A stretch of DNA of 24,161 bases from an uncultured virus (IMG/VR IMGVR_UViG_3300030104_007230) (taxonomy: Duplodnaviria > Heunggongvirae > Uroviricota > Caudoviricetes), in IMG/VR virus record IMGVR_UViG_3300030104_007230, positions 62,001 to 86,161 of that record; one strand, given 5' to 3'. The position numbers were made by a program, and so were the translations under genes. Positions 23,507 to 24,161 of this stretch are shown here, piece after piece. The notes beneath the pieces are model-generated. The model was given only the letters and a program-made list of their open reading frames with translations, did not search any database and had not been told where the DNA came from. Each line of letters opens with the position of its first letter. Position 1 is the stretch's first letter.

Positions 23507-24161
23507 GACTTCTTTTCCTCCTTTGGATGAAGGATATAATTCCTTGCACGATTAGCTTCTTTCAAGGAAGTTTTGAGAATAGATGGATCTTTGTGTAGAC
23601 ATTTAATCCATGACTGTAGATAGTTGGCATGATTTTGCGTATCTGAATTAATTTGTAATTCATCTGCAATCAAAAATGCACATAATTCAGCCACTAATTC
23701 TTCTTTTGCGTATGTATGTAAGCCAAACATGCCTGACATATCACGATTTAGACGTTTGGAATGTCCTGTCGAATGACCTAATTCGTGTCCCCAGGTGGAG
23801 TACAATGCATGAGCAGAATGGAACTGTTTACGTTTAGGCATTGTGACTATATCTAAAGAAGGAGAGTAGCAAGCTTTATCACCACCCCATTGGGTTTCTA
23901 ACGTTTCTCGACGGTGGTATTCTGTAAATACTTTTTCGCAGTTCTCCATACGTTCTGGTTCAGGTCTTGGCTTTTCTAGTTCTCCTTGGTGTCTAGCAAT
24001 AATTTCATCTTTATCTTCTCCTTCTATATCTTTAACATTAAAGATTGGAGAGAAATAGAATCCACCAGTTCTAGATTCTTTAACTTTTTCACCAAAGTGA
24101 TTCTCTACTTCAATTTGATATTTACTAGGGACACAGATATAACAAGCTTTAGATCCTTTAC
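23503..24161 (-). CDS. Second ArdC-like antirestriction protein (5' end outside the window)
   Basis: Frame is open beyond the track start to the window edge (KGSKACYICVP...PIFNVKDIEG, ArdC-N). GGDKACYSPSLD.VTMP, HELGHSTGH..RLNR, YAKEELVAE and HANYLQSW form the classical ArdC zincin-like domain. Confidence 0.9.
   Translation of the reverse strand, partial: KGSKACYICVPSKYQIEVENHFGEKVKESRTGGFYFSPIFNVKDIEGEDKDEIIARHQGELEKPRPEPERMENCEKVFTEYHRRETLETQWGGDKACYSPSLDIVTMPKRKQFHSAHALYSTWGHELGHSTGHSKRLNRDMSGMFGLHTYAKEELVAELCAFLIADELQINSDTQNHANYLQSWIKCLHKDPSILKTSLKEANRARNYILHPKEEKKS

Overview
AT-rich dsDNA phage genome segment, almost certainly a marine cyanophage with a Prochlorococcus-type host, judged from psbA, two hli genes and several Prochlorococcus/cyanophage-type small genes. 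Positions 1-2590 (+) hold the end of a tail/tail-fibre module. Most of the rest is on the minus strand: psbA with a PhotoRC-II-type leader; a Prim-Pol/PriCT-2/D5-type SF3 primase-helicase; a PD-(D/E)XK exonuclease; tandem hli genes; a 2OG-Fe(II) oxygenase; a small OMP-like beta-barrel gene; a DNA-transaction cluster (tandem-OB SSB, DUF5895-like, SWIM-finger and Gp157-like genes); a T7-type Tyr762 PolA; and an early-type region of small ORFs with two ArdC-like genes, a YubB/DUF1281-like gene and a duplicated small gene. The combination of psbA/hli, T7-type PolA and a D5-type primase-helicase does not fit the classic T7-like or T4-like cyanophages. The most notable features outside the ORF track are (i) a ~122-nt GC-rich, multi-stem, plus-strand RNA candidate at 18875-18996 with its own -10 box, (ii) an anticodon-less tRNA-like element between the SSB and DUF5895-like genes, and (iii) NtcA-type sites exactly 23 nt upstream of -10 boxes in front of both the hli pair and the OMP-like gene. 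All family assignments come from motif recognition by eye; no database searches or folding programs were run. Two N-gaps (22604-22617, 23087-23096) disturb local ORF calls.
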